DNA from: Chloroflexus aggregans DSM 9485
Lineage (GTDB): Bacteria; Chloroflexota; Chloroflexia; Chloroflexales; Chloroflexaceae
Length of the DNA stretch: 64,000 bases
Assembly: GCF_000021945.1 (NCBI RefSeq)
Contig: NC_011831.1
Location: forward strand, 1,313,353-1,377,352
Reading direction: 5' to 3'
Part shown: positions 56,743 through 64,000 of the stretch, piece after piece
How the letters are laid out: the number at the start of each line of letters is the position of its first letter
Position numbering within the stretch: position 1 is the stretch's first letter
The notes under the pieces: generated by a model
Databases searched by the model: none
What the model was told of the DNA's origin: nothing
What the model saw: only the letters and a program-made list of their open reading frames with translations
Made by a program: the position numbers and the translations under genes

Positions 56743-57954
56743 CTATGCCGATGGCTCCTGAGCCTCACTTGGCGTATCGGGTGCAGACAACGACTCATCA
56801 GCAGCAGGCAACGGCTCATCGTCGTTAATACGGCGCAACGACAACCCCATCCGCTGCCGCTGGCGGTCGAGACTAATCACCCGCGCGGTCACGATCTGAC
56901 CGGGTTGCAACACATCGCGCGGCTGTGCTTGGGGGTCGGCCGTAAGCTCGCTGGCGTGGATCAAGCCTTCCACCGCTTCTTCAACCTGCACGAACGCCCC
57001 AAAGGGTGTCACATTCGTCACCGGGCCGGTCACCAACTGACCAAGCGTGTAGCGCTGGTCAATTGTCTCCCATGGATTATCCTGCAACTGGCGGATCGAC
57101 AACCCAATCCGTTCTCGCTCCCGATCAATCTCAACGACGACCACTTTCACCTCTTGACCGGGCTGGAGCACCTCACGCGGATGATTAACCCGCTGCCAGC
57201 TCAGTTCTGAGATGTGGGCCAACCCATCGGCGCCACCCAAATCGATAAACGCGCCGAAGTTGGTAAGCTGATTGACCTTCCCGACCAACACATCGCCCGG
57301 CTGCAACTCGGTGAGCAAGCGATGCTTTTGGGCCTTGCGCCACTCTTGGGTTGCGGCCCGCTCCGAGAGCACGAGCCGGTTGCGCTCACGGTCAACCTCG
57401 ATCACCTTCAACGGAATCTCCTGGTTGATCATCTTCTGCAACGCATACTGTCGCTCATCGGCAGCGGTACGACCGTGCAACTGCGCCACTTGCGAAGCCG
57501 GCACAAAGCCACGGATGCGGTTGAACTGTACCAACAAACCGCCTTTGTTGAAACCGATCACCTTGCAGCGCGTGATGCCGCCATCGCGGAAAAGCTGCTC
57601 GGCAACTTCCCAGTCCTTCGCCACCTGCACCATCGAAAGCGAGAGGATCAGGTCACCGTCGCGGTTTTCCGGCTCTTGGACATACACCTGAACCGTATCA
57701 CCAACCTTCAGCGAATTGATAAAATCTTCGCCCATCTGGCGCAAATCTTGAGCCGGAATGATGCCTTCACGCTTGGTGCCAATCGAGACCAGAACGCCAT
57801 TCTCTTCGATGTGCATGATCAGGCCCTCGCGCAATTCACCGCGCTGCGGGCGAGCATAATCATACGCATCGAGCAACTGGGTCCAATCAAGATCTTCCTC
57901 ATTTTGCCGGGTCACAGGGTCGGGCTGGACAGACATGCTACAAAGCCTCCTCAA
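56743..57954 (-). CDS. rpsA: 30S ribosomal protein S1 (4 x S1 domain)
   Basis: Four S1 repeats (e.g. GDVLVGKVNQLTNFGAFIDLGG). The probable start is MSVQPD at about 57936. Confidence 0.8.
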   Translation of the reverse strand: MRRLCSMSVQPDPVTRQNEEDLDWTQLLDAYDYARPQRGELREGLIMHIEENGVLVSIGTKREGIIPAQDLRQMGEDFINSLKVGDTVQVYVQEPENRDGDLILSLSMVQVAKDWEVAEQLFRDGGITRCKVIGFNKGGLLVQFNRIRGFVPASQVAQLHGRTAADERQYALQKMINQEIPLKVIEVDRERNRLVLSERAATQEWRKAQKHRLLTELQPGDVLVGKVNQLTNFGAFIDLGGADGLAHISELSWQRVNHPREVLQPGQEVKVVVVEIDRERERIGLSIRQLQDNPWETIDQRYTLGQLVTGPVTNVTPFGAFVQVEEAVEGLIHASELTADPQAQPRDVLQPGQIVTARVISLDRQRQRMGLSLRRINDDEPLPAADESLSAPDTPSEAQEPSA

Positions 57955-58333
57955 AGAGATTTTTCGTTATGTCGCAACTTCCGCTTCAGGGCAAAAAGAG
58001 CGCAGCCCGCATAATGCGGTGAGATGCGAGCGACCGCGCAACATCATTTTTACGTGCAGGTTACGAGATGGGCGCGAGCCATCGGCTCCGCCGGTTGATA
58101 CGTGCTCCAAGGCCGTCGTTACCGTTCCAGTCTGTGGAGTACCCGTCGCGGAAGTCGAGACATGTTTTACAATGCCGCCAATTATAGGCGATGATGGTGA
58201 AGCTGTCAACATTTTTCACGAAGTGATCGGATGTTCATTTACGGAGATTATCTGTGGTGTGTGATTTTATTTAGAAGTTCTAACTATCTCATTCCGGCTA
58301 TAATAGCAACGAAGATGGTGAACAGGTTGTTGT

Positions 58334-59266
58334 ATGGCGTTGACATTTGTCTTCTTGGATGGAGTCGGCTTAGCGCCGGCCACCGCCGATAACCCGCTCG
58401 CGCAGGTACCTATGCCGACCATCCGGCGGCTATTGCGCGGTCCGCTCACCACCGAACAGATCGGTTTCCGCGATGAGCTGTTGCTCGCGCCACTCGATGC
58501 CTGTTTGGGAGTAGACGGCTTGCCGCAAAGTGGGACAAATCACGTTGCCCTTTTGGCCGGTGTGAACGCACCGGCGTTACACGGTCATCATCAACCTCAC
58601 TTTCCACCGGTGGCGTTGCGTCCATTATTAGCCGAGCGTTCGCTCTTCCGACGCGCCCGGTTGCAGGGCAAACGGGTCGCCTTTGTCAATGTTGTCACCA
58701 CCGGCTACTGGCAGGCGTTGGCCACCCGTCGCTTGCGTCATTCGGCCGGCGTGATCGCTGCCGAAGGCGCCGGTTTGTATCTGCGCGATTTGAACGATCT
58801 GCGCGCCGGGCAAGCGCTCAGTTGGGACATTACCGGTGAAGGGTTGGCGGCGCGCGATCCAGATGCCGCGACGATCCCACCGATCAGCCCCCAGCTCGCC
58901 GGTGAGCGATTAGCCCATTTTGCATTGGACTACGATCTCGTCTTTTTTGAATGTTTTCTGCCCGATCTCGCCGGACACGGTCGGCTCGGCCCCCACGGCG
59001 CAACGATTGCGCTGAGCCGGATTGACGGCTTATTCGAGGGTTGGCTCCGCGCTCGGCGACCCACCGACACCTTGCTTGTTACGTCAGATCATGGCAATAT
59101 CGAACAGGCGAGCAGTATGACCCACACGACGGCGCCTACGCCATTACTGGTCATCGGACCGCGCGCGGCATCGTTCCGCCACGTGCGCCGGATCGATGAG
59201 GTGGCCGACGCTGTTATGACCGCACTGGCCGACGAGCCATCTCGCGCGGGAACACCGGCCAGATAA
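58334..59266 (+). CDS. Alkaline-phosphatase-superfamily metalloenzyme (cofactor-independent PGM/phosphopentomutase-like)
   Basis: Has VTSDHGNIE (the DHGN metal-binding motif). Confidence 0.45.
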   Translation: MALTFVFLDGVGLAPATADNPLAQVPMPTIRRLLRGPLTTEQIGFRDELLLAPLDACLGVDGLPQSGTNHVALLAGVNAPALHGHHQPHFPPVALRPLLAERSLFRRARLQGKRVAFVNVVTTGYWQALATRRLRHSAGVIAAEGAGLYLRDLNDLRAGQALSWDITGEGLAARDPDAATIPPISPQLAGERLAHFALDYDLVFFECFLPDLAGHGRLGPHGATIALSRIDGLFEGWLRARRPTDTLLVTSDHGNIEQASSMTHTTAPTPLLVIGPRAASFRHVRRIDEVADAVMTALADEPSRAGTPAR

Positions 59267-59351
59267 CCTATGAGGGTTTGGATGCCGCCCGGTCAGGACC
59301 CGACCACCGTGAGGATGGCCCAGATTCGATACTAACCACAACGAGGAGTAT

Positions 59352-59828
59352 ATGTCGCGTAACATCCGAGTGTTATTTGTCTGTATGGGCAATATTTGTC
59401 GCTCACCGATGGCCGAAGCCGTGTTTCGCCATTTGGTCACCGAAGCCGGCCTTCAAGACCGTTTCGAGATCGATTCTGCCGGTACCGGCGGCTGGCATGT
59501 TGGTGAGCCGCCACATCCGGGGACGCAGCGGGTACTGGCCCGTCACCAGATTTCCACCGCCGGGATGCGGGCGCGGCAGGTACGGTCTGCCGATATTGAC
59601 CAGTTCGACTATATTTTGGTCATGGATCACGACAATCTGGCCGACCTGGCGCGTTTTCACCCCAAGGCCCGCGAACGCGCAAAGCTGTTGTTGAGTTTTG
59701 CGCCGGAATTAGGCGTTGACGAGGTACCTGATCCCTACTACAACGGTCGCTTCGATGAAGTGTATCGCTTGATCGAGACGGCGTGCCGCAATTTGTTAGC
59801 CTACATCCGCGAACGCGAGGGAGTGTGA
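59352..59828 (+). CDS. Low-molecular-weight protein tyrosine phosphatase
   Basis: P-loop VLFVCMGNICRSPMAEA (CX5R) and C-terminal DPYY. Confidence 0.85.
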   Translation: MSRNIRVLFVCMGNICRSPMAEAVFRHLVTEAGLQDRFEIDSAGTGGWHVGEPPHPGTQRVLARHQISTAGMRARQVRSADIDQFDYILVMDHDNLADLARFHPKARERAKLLLSFAPELGVDEVPDPYYNGRFDEVYRLIETACRNLLAYIREREGV

Positions 59829-60649
59829 CGCTCAATCACAAACACCAGCTCGTTGGGCAACTCGATGACACGGGGCGACCAACCTTCGGCGGCGGTCAGT
59901 GCATCCATGTAGCCGCGGTAGGTGGTCGCCATACCCACATTGCGCCCGCCTAAACTGCGGGTCGGGAACGAGACCACGAGCCTAGGAGCTTGGATAGCGC
60001 GCAGGAGATCGGCGCCGGCGCCGCGCCGTTGTTGTTCGAGCAGCGGGATCGTTTTCAAAACGAGCGCAACATCAGCCGACACCGGTGGCGGCCCCAACAT
60101 CAAATCGCAGATGGCGGCTTCGCCACGCACACCCAGCAACGGCAACGCCTCGTGCAAAAACGCGCAGAGCGCTGTATCAATATCGTAGGCCGCGTAATAA
60201 GCGTTCGGTGGCAGATGCATCCACGGCACAGCGAGGGGATGCAGTCCACACCCCAAATCGAGTACGCGCTGCGGTGGCGAATCACCGAAACAGGCCGGGT
60301 AGAGATGTTCGAGGACCGGCAATCGTTCGCGGGTCGAGGCATGGCCGGCCAACAACCGCCGACATACCGCCTTGCGCGCCATCTCATCTGCCACCTGCTG
60401 CAACTCCGCCAGCCATTGCCGATACGGCGGGCGATCTTCGGTATACGCACCGATCATCTGGTGCAAGCGGGTTTTGGTCGCTTTAATCGCTGCCTTCAAC
60501 GAGGGGTAGCGCTGGAGCGACTCACGTCCCACCCGTTCGATGACACCGACAGCGATTGAGCGATAGCTCGCACCGGCTTGTACCGCCGCCACCAACGTGG
60601 CAAGGCGGGGATCAGTTTGCTCCATGGCCGTCTTCCTCATAACGTTCAC
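59801..60649 (-). CDS. SAM-dependent methyltransferase, possibly FmrO/Rmt-type 16S rRNA m7G methyltransferase-like
   Basis: LDLGCGLHP is motif I. An N-terminal helical domain, ASTRERLP, and C-terminal VVSFPTRSLGGRNVGM are reminiscent of the ArmA/Rmt family. This is a memory-based match only. Confidence 0.35.
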   Translation of the reverse strand: MNVMRKTAMEQTDPRLATLVAAVQAGASYRSIAVGVIERVGRESLQRYPSLKAAIKATKTRLHQMIGAYTEDRPPYRQWLAELQQVADEMARKAVCRRLLAGHASTRERLPVLEHLYPACFGDSPPQRVLDLGCGLHPLAVPWMHLPPNAYYAAYDIDTALCAFLHEALPLLGVRGEAAICDLMLGPPPVSADVALVLKTIPLLEQQRRGAGADLLRAIQAPRLVVSFPTRSLGGRNVGMATTYRGYMDALTAAEGWSPRVIELPNELVFVIERHTPSRSRM

Positions 60650-61730
60650 GACGGATCAACGCCATTAATTGAGCCATAAAGTGCAAATTGTGGATCGTCG
60701 CCAACCGCAATACCAACGTCTCGCCGATTTTGTGCAGATGGTGCAAATAGCCAAGGCTATAGTGACGGCACGTAAAGCAGGTACATCCCGGCGAAATCGG
60801 GTGATCTGCCTTGATATGTTTCCGATCGGCCAGATAAACGTAGGTAAACCACTCGCCCTCTAACCGAAAACTGGGATGGTGTGGATCGGTGGTAAACGCC
60901 AACAATCGGCCCTGGCGGGCATCACGGGTTGGGAGCGCACTGTCGAACATCTCGTAGCCCATCCGCGCACAAGCGACCACATTCGCCGGATGACCGACAC
61001 CGAGCGCATGCATCGGATAGTGAGACGGAATCTGGGCGCGGGTAAATGCCAGTATCTCGTGCAACAGGTTTCCCTGCGCATCGAGCGGCCACCCGCCAAA
61101 GCCAAACCCATCAAAGCCGATTTCGAGCAACGCAGCAGCGCATTCGGCCCGGAGCCGGAGGTCGCCACCGCCCTGCACCACCGCAAACAGCAACGGCGGC
61201 GGCCCACTCGGTCGCCGTTGCGCCAATTGACGATCAAACTCGGCCCGACATCGTTTCGCCCAGCGCACCGTTCGTTCAACCGAACGACGCTGCTCGGCCG
61301 GCGGATCATCCACGTGTGTGCAATCATCGAGACAGATGACAATATCGGCTCCGTAGCTCAACTGAAGCTGAATACTCTTCTCAGGCGTCAGGTGAAATGG
61401 CCGTTCGGCACCCTCTGGCTGAAACACCAAACCCTGATCGGAGATTTTTCCCTGTTTTGGATTGCTTCGGATTAACGAATACGCCTGAAAACCACCACTG
61501 TCGGTCACGATTGGGCCATTCCACGCCGCCATCCGGTGCAACCCACCAAGCGCATGGATCGTCGAACTACCAGGGCGCTGCATCAGATGAAAGACATTCA
61601 TCACCAGCGCAGTAATCCCGGCCTCGGCGACATCACGACTATCAACGGAACGAACAGTACCAAAGGTAGCATCGGGCAAAAATACCGGTAATGTGAGCTG
61701 ACCATGATGAACGAGTAGTGTTTTTACCAT
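60612..61730 (-). CDS. tgt: Queuine tRNA-ribosyltransferase (tRNA-guanine transglycosylase)
   Basis: LPVFLPDATFGTVRS (substrate pocket) and the C-terminal Zn site CTCFTCRHYSLGYLHH. Confidence 0.9.
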   Translation of the reverse strand: MVKTLLVHHGQLTLPVFLPDATFGTVRSVDSRDVAEAGITALVMNVFHLMQRPGSSTIHALGGLHRMAAWNGPIVTDSGGFQAYSLIRSNPKQGKISDQGLVFQPEGAERPFHLTPEKSIQLQLSYGADIVICLDDCTHVDDPPAEQRRSVERTVRWAKRCRAEFDRQLAQRRPSGPPPLLFAVVQGGGDLRLRAECAAALLEIGFDGFGFGGWPLDAQGNLLHEILAFTRAQIPSHYPMHALGVGHPANVVACARMGYEMFDSALPTRDARQGRLLAFTTDPHHPSFRLEGEWFTYVYLADRKHIKADHPISPGCTCFTCRHYSLGYLHHLHKIGETLVLRLATIHNLHFMAQLMALIRRERYEEDGHGAN

Positions 61731-61949
61731 ATATTCCTAACAAAAGCGTCTCACCCTATGGTTGAAATTTGACGTATGATACTGTATACTAATGCAGAGT
61801 ATTCTGACCGTGATCCTTGTTTGCGCCGGTTTTGTCCCGCCATGTTTGTGGACCACAGTAGATAAAGAATCTACATGTATTCAGCGTTTACTACAACAAC
61901 CGGCGAAACCAAGGTATCGAGGTAAAGTAAGTTGGTTTGAGCTTACGAA

Positions 61950-62213
61950 ATGGAGCATCCAATGTCTGACATCACCAAAAACCTGCTCAATGTCGATCTA
62001 CGGCAAGGCGTCGTGCCTATCTCGAAGGCGGCATCATCACTCGCCGCGCTCATCAAGCTCTCGCAATCAACGCATCAACCGATTATCGTGACCCAAAAAG
62101 GCTATCCCGCCGGTGTCCTGATCGACGTGGAACTGTTTACGGCCTTGCGCGAACTGGCCGAACGCTACGAGGCCGAGCGCAATGGTAACAGTAACGGTAA
62201 GCACGCCGAGTAA
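61950..62213 (+). CDS. Phd/YefM-type antitoxin-like protein with no cognate toxin downstream (orphan)
   Basis: NLLNVDLRQGVVPISKAASSLAALIKLSQSTHQPIIVTQKGYPAGVLIDVELFTALRE is an antitoxin-fold pattern. Downstream is 250 bp of non-coding DNA, then the tRNA. Confidence 0.45.
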   Translation: MEHPMSDITKNLLNVDLRQGVVPISKAASSLAALIKLSQSTHQPIIVTQKGYPAGVLIDVELFTALRELAERYEAERNGNSNGKHAE

Positions 62214-62471
62214 CAGTATCGTCGGGTAAAAGACGAGGTGCGGTTCATACCGACACCATCACGCTCTCCGCGAACGTTCATCTCGGTGGCATATTACCAC
62301 ACACGAACGCAGCCGTATACGCTGGCGGCTGCGTCACATTTTTCACAATTGATCGGCGCGCCGTTTTTCGTTCCAAACACGTAAATACCTCTTCAGAACG
62401 CGGCAAATCTCTCTTCACTACATCCACTTGCACGATTCGCGAACTTGTGCTATACTCTCAGCCGAAGTCAA

Positions 62472-62546
62472 TCCCCAATAGCTCAACGGTAGAGCAGCTG
62501 ACTGTTAATCAGCGGGTTCCTGGTTCGAATCCAGGTTGGGGAGCCA
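62472..62546 (+). tRNA. tRNA-Asn (anticodon GTT)
   Basis: Cloverleaf: acceptor TCCCCAA/TTGGGGA, D-arm AGCTCAACGGTAGAGC, anticodon loop cTGTTAa, T-arm GGTTCGAATCC, and an encoded CCA. Confidence 0.8.
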
Positions 62547-62550
62547 ATCA

Positions 62551-62585
62551 ACAAACCGCCGATACCGGCGGTTTGTTTGTTTTCA
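62551..62585. terminator. Rho-independent terminator hairpin (aaaccgccgataccggcggttt + T-run) after tRNA-Asn
   Basis: 9-bp GC-rich stem followed by TTTGTTTGTTTTC. Confidence 0.6.
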
Positions 62586-62903
62586 AGAGGCTTTGCTGAG
62601 AGCAGGGCCTTTGCAATATGATACCGTTTTTGGTCTACGTATCTGATATATTGTATCTTTTTGGTAGGCATCTGCCGTCAATGTTGACCAAAAATGACGA
62701 TGTGGTCACAGAACTGATCACGCAATCGGTATAATAAACTCTGTTGTACAATCAGCGTGGTGGTTGCGGTGGAATTCACAACGGAGCGATGGCCTGAACA
62801 TCGGCGTGTCTGCGCCTGCCGGCGGATTGGCTGCCACCGGCGCATCGTGCGCGGAGCCACGTGATTGGCAGTCCGGCCGTACAGACAACGGAATACGTGA
62901 GGC

Positions 62904-63374
62904 ATGGTGGAACCCGTGACAGATCAGGTGCTGCGAGCAATTGATCAGGCTCGCGCACGCTACTACCGCTTGATCGTGATTGTGGGGCCGGCGGGAAGTG
63001 GGAAGACAGCCGCGTTGCAGGCGGTTTCGGCATTGACCTCGGCACCGATTATCAACGTCAATCTTGAGTTGTCGCGCCAATTGCTGACCCTGACCGAACG
63101 CCAACGAGCGATCCAACTCTCACGCATCGTGGGCGACATCGTGAAGAAAACGGCAGACGAACTGGTTTTGCTCGATAATACCGAGATTCTTTTTGATGTC
63201 CATCTGCACGTGGATCCGTTGCGTCTGCTCCAGGGATTGGCGCGCAACCGGACGGTCGTGGCGACCTGGAACGGTACCGTCGGGCCGAACGGGCTGACCT
63301 ACGCCGTTCCGGGTCATCCCGAATACCGCCGGTATCCTACCGGCGACCTCGTTATCGTGGAGGCGAAACCGTGA
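62904..63374 (+). CDS. brxF: Small P-loop protein, BrxF-like (BREX type 3 family)
   Basis: 156 aa with Walker A GPAGSGKT and a Walker B-like VLLDNTEILF. Its size and architecture match BrxF, and it overlaps the start of a downstream methyltransferase (GTGA). Confidence 0.4.
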   Translation: MVEPVTDQVLRAIDQARARYYRLIVIVGPAGSGKTAALQAVSALTSAPIINVNLELSRQLLTLTERQRAIQLSRIVGDIVKKTADELVLLDNTEILFDVHLHVDPLRLLQGLARNRTVVATWNGTVGPNGLTYAVPGHPEYRRYPTGDLVIVEAKP

Positions 63375-64000
63375 ACGACGATACACCGATGTTCGATATG
63401 GAAGAGCAGACCACACCGCACGCTCCGGTGGAATGCCTGGGGATGACCTTTGATAACGATGATGCGCGGCGCGTATTCTTTCTCGACCGCTTGCGCGCCG
63501 CCCTTGAGGAACTGCACGCCAGGCTCGGTGGTGTCCCCTTCACGACCGTGGCCGATGCCGTGGAACGGATGAAGTCGCTCACGCACTGGCCGATGGGTGA
63601 TGATGAACGGCTCCGCGAACTGGCCGAACAGATGCGCAAAGCCCACCGCTCGGCGCCCGCCACCGACCTGCTCCGGCTCTGGAAGGATGCGGTCGGCTTT
63701 CCGCACGGGAAGATCGAGGATATTCTAAACCTCTCCGATCCGCCGTATTACACGGCATGCCCCAACCCGTTCATTGGCGATTTCATCCGCTCCTACGGCA
63801 AACCCTACGACCCGCAGACCGACGACTACCGGCGGGAGCCGTTTGCGGCGGACGTGAGCGAAGGCAAGAACGACCCCATTTACAACGCGCACTCCTACCA
63901 TACCAAGGTGCCGCACAAGGCCATCATGCGGTACATCCTCCATTACACCGAACCGGGGGATGTTGTCTTTGACGGCTTCTGTGGCACGGGGATGACCGGC
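63371..64000 (+). CDS. DNA methyltransferase N-terminal part (PglX-like?), continues beyond the window
   Basis: A continuous open frame runs from GTG 63371 to the window end and is not in the ORF track because it has no stop. It ends with HYTEPGDVVFDGFCGTGMTG (SAM-binding motif I, FxGxG). Confidence 0.5.
   Translation, partial: MNDDTPMFDMEEQTTPHAPVECLGMTFDNDDARRVFFLDRLRAALEELHARLGGVPFTTVADAVERMKSLTHWPMGDDERLRELAEQMRKAHRSAPATDLLRLWKDAVGFPHGKIEDILNLSDPPYYTACPNPFIGDFIRSYGKPYDPQTDDYRREPFAADVSEGKNDPIYNAHSYHTKVPHKAIMRYILHYTEPGDVVFDGFCGTGMTG

Noticed and set aside
62214-62470. A RelE/ParE-type toxin remnant downstream of the orphan antitoxin
   Set aside because: Three-frame translation of the 250-bp gap shows no recognisable toxin motifs, so no toxin is reported.

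Overview
This is a 64-kb window of high-GC bacterial chromosome (about 57-60% GC; gene content suggests a Chloroflexi-type genome, but the taxon was not verified) carrying three accessory regions among housekeeping genes. Self-derived coordinates (tRNAs, repeats, frameshift points, refined starts) are approximate to +/-3 nt; at about 50.46 kb my reading of the printed sequence disagrees by one base with the ORF track, and the ORF-track coordinates are used throughout.

(1) 0.2-16.9 kb: a type III CRISPR-Cas-like effector/signalling locus with no CRISPR array, cas6 or cas1/cas2 anywhere in the window. It encodes an HD-less Cas10 with an intact GGDD motif, four very large RAMP (Cas7/Cas5-like) fusion proteins (two of them tandem paralogs split by an AT-rich insert), an embedded 196-aa unknown protein, and two different CARF-HEPN effectors (DxTHG Csx1-type and DxTGxK Csm6-type). 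Immediately upstream are a CARF-like LuxR-HTH regulator with a palindromic operator and a divergent gene fusing a P-loop NTPase to two Csx3/Crn3-like repeats.

(2) 29.9-43.3 kb: a roughly 13-kb island bounded by 164-bp direct repeats that copy the 3' end of a TauE-family gene and the intergenic spacer. Inside are a thiD remnant, degenerate tandem repeats, a strongly AT-rich five-gene cassette (SPFH/band-7 membrane protein, 4-TM protein, 930-aa HerA/DUF87-like ATPase, very basic protein, acidic YbjN-like protein) that is a candidate undescribed defence or abortive-infection module, a vapBC pair with frameshifted vapC, a hicA remnant, further repeats, and a restriction-modification pair whose Cys4-motif endonuclease is inactivated by a 14-bp tandem duplication while the Dam-like methyltransferase is intact.

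(3) 61.9-64.0 kb: an orphan Phd/YefM-type antitoxin, tRNA-Asn, then a BrxF-like small P-loop protein overlapping a DNA methyltransferase that runs off the window (a possible BREX type-3-like start).

The rest of the window is housekeeping: lon, an ABC exporter, MarR and GntR regulators, galT, a PhoR/OmpR-like two-component pair, tRNA-Pro, an MFS transporter, panE, ilvD, ugd, ornithine cyclodeaminase, rpsA, tgt, LMW-PTP, and a GH13-like/PfkB/GH114 polysaccharide cluster. A dispersed ACGCAAAG-periodic repeat occurs at two divergent promoter regions.
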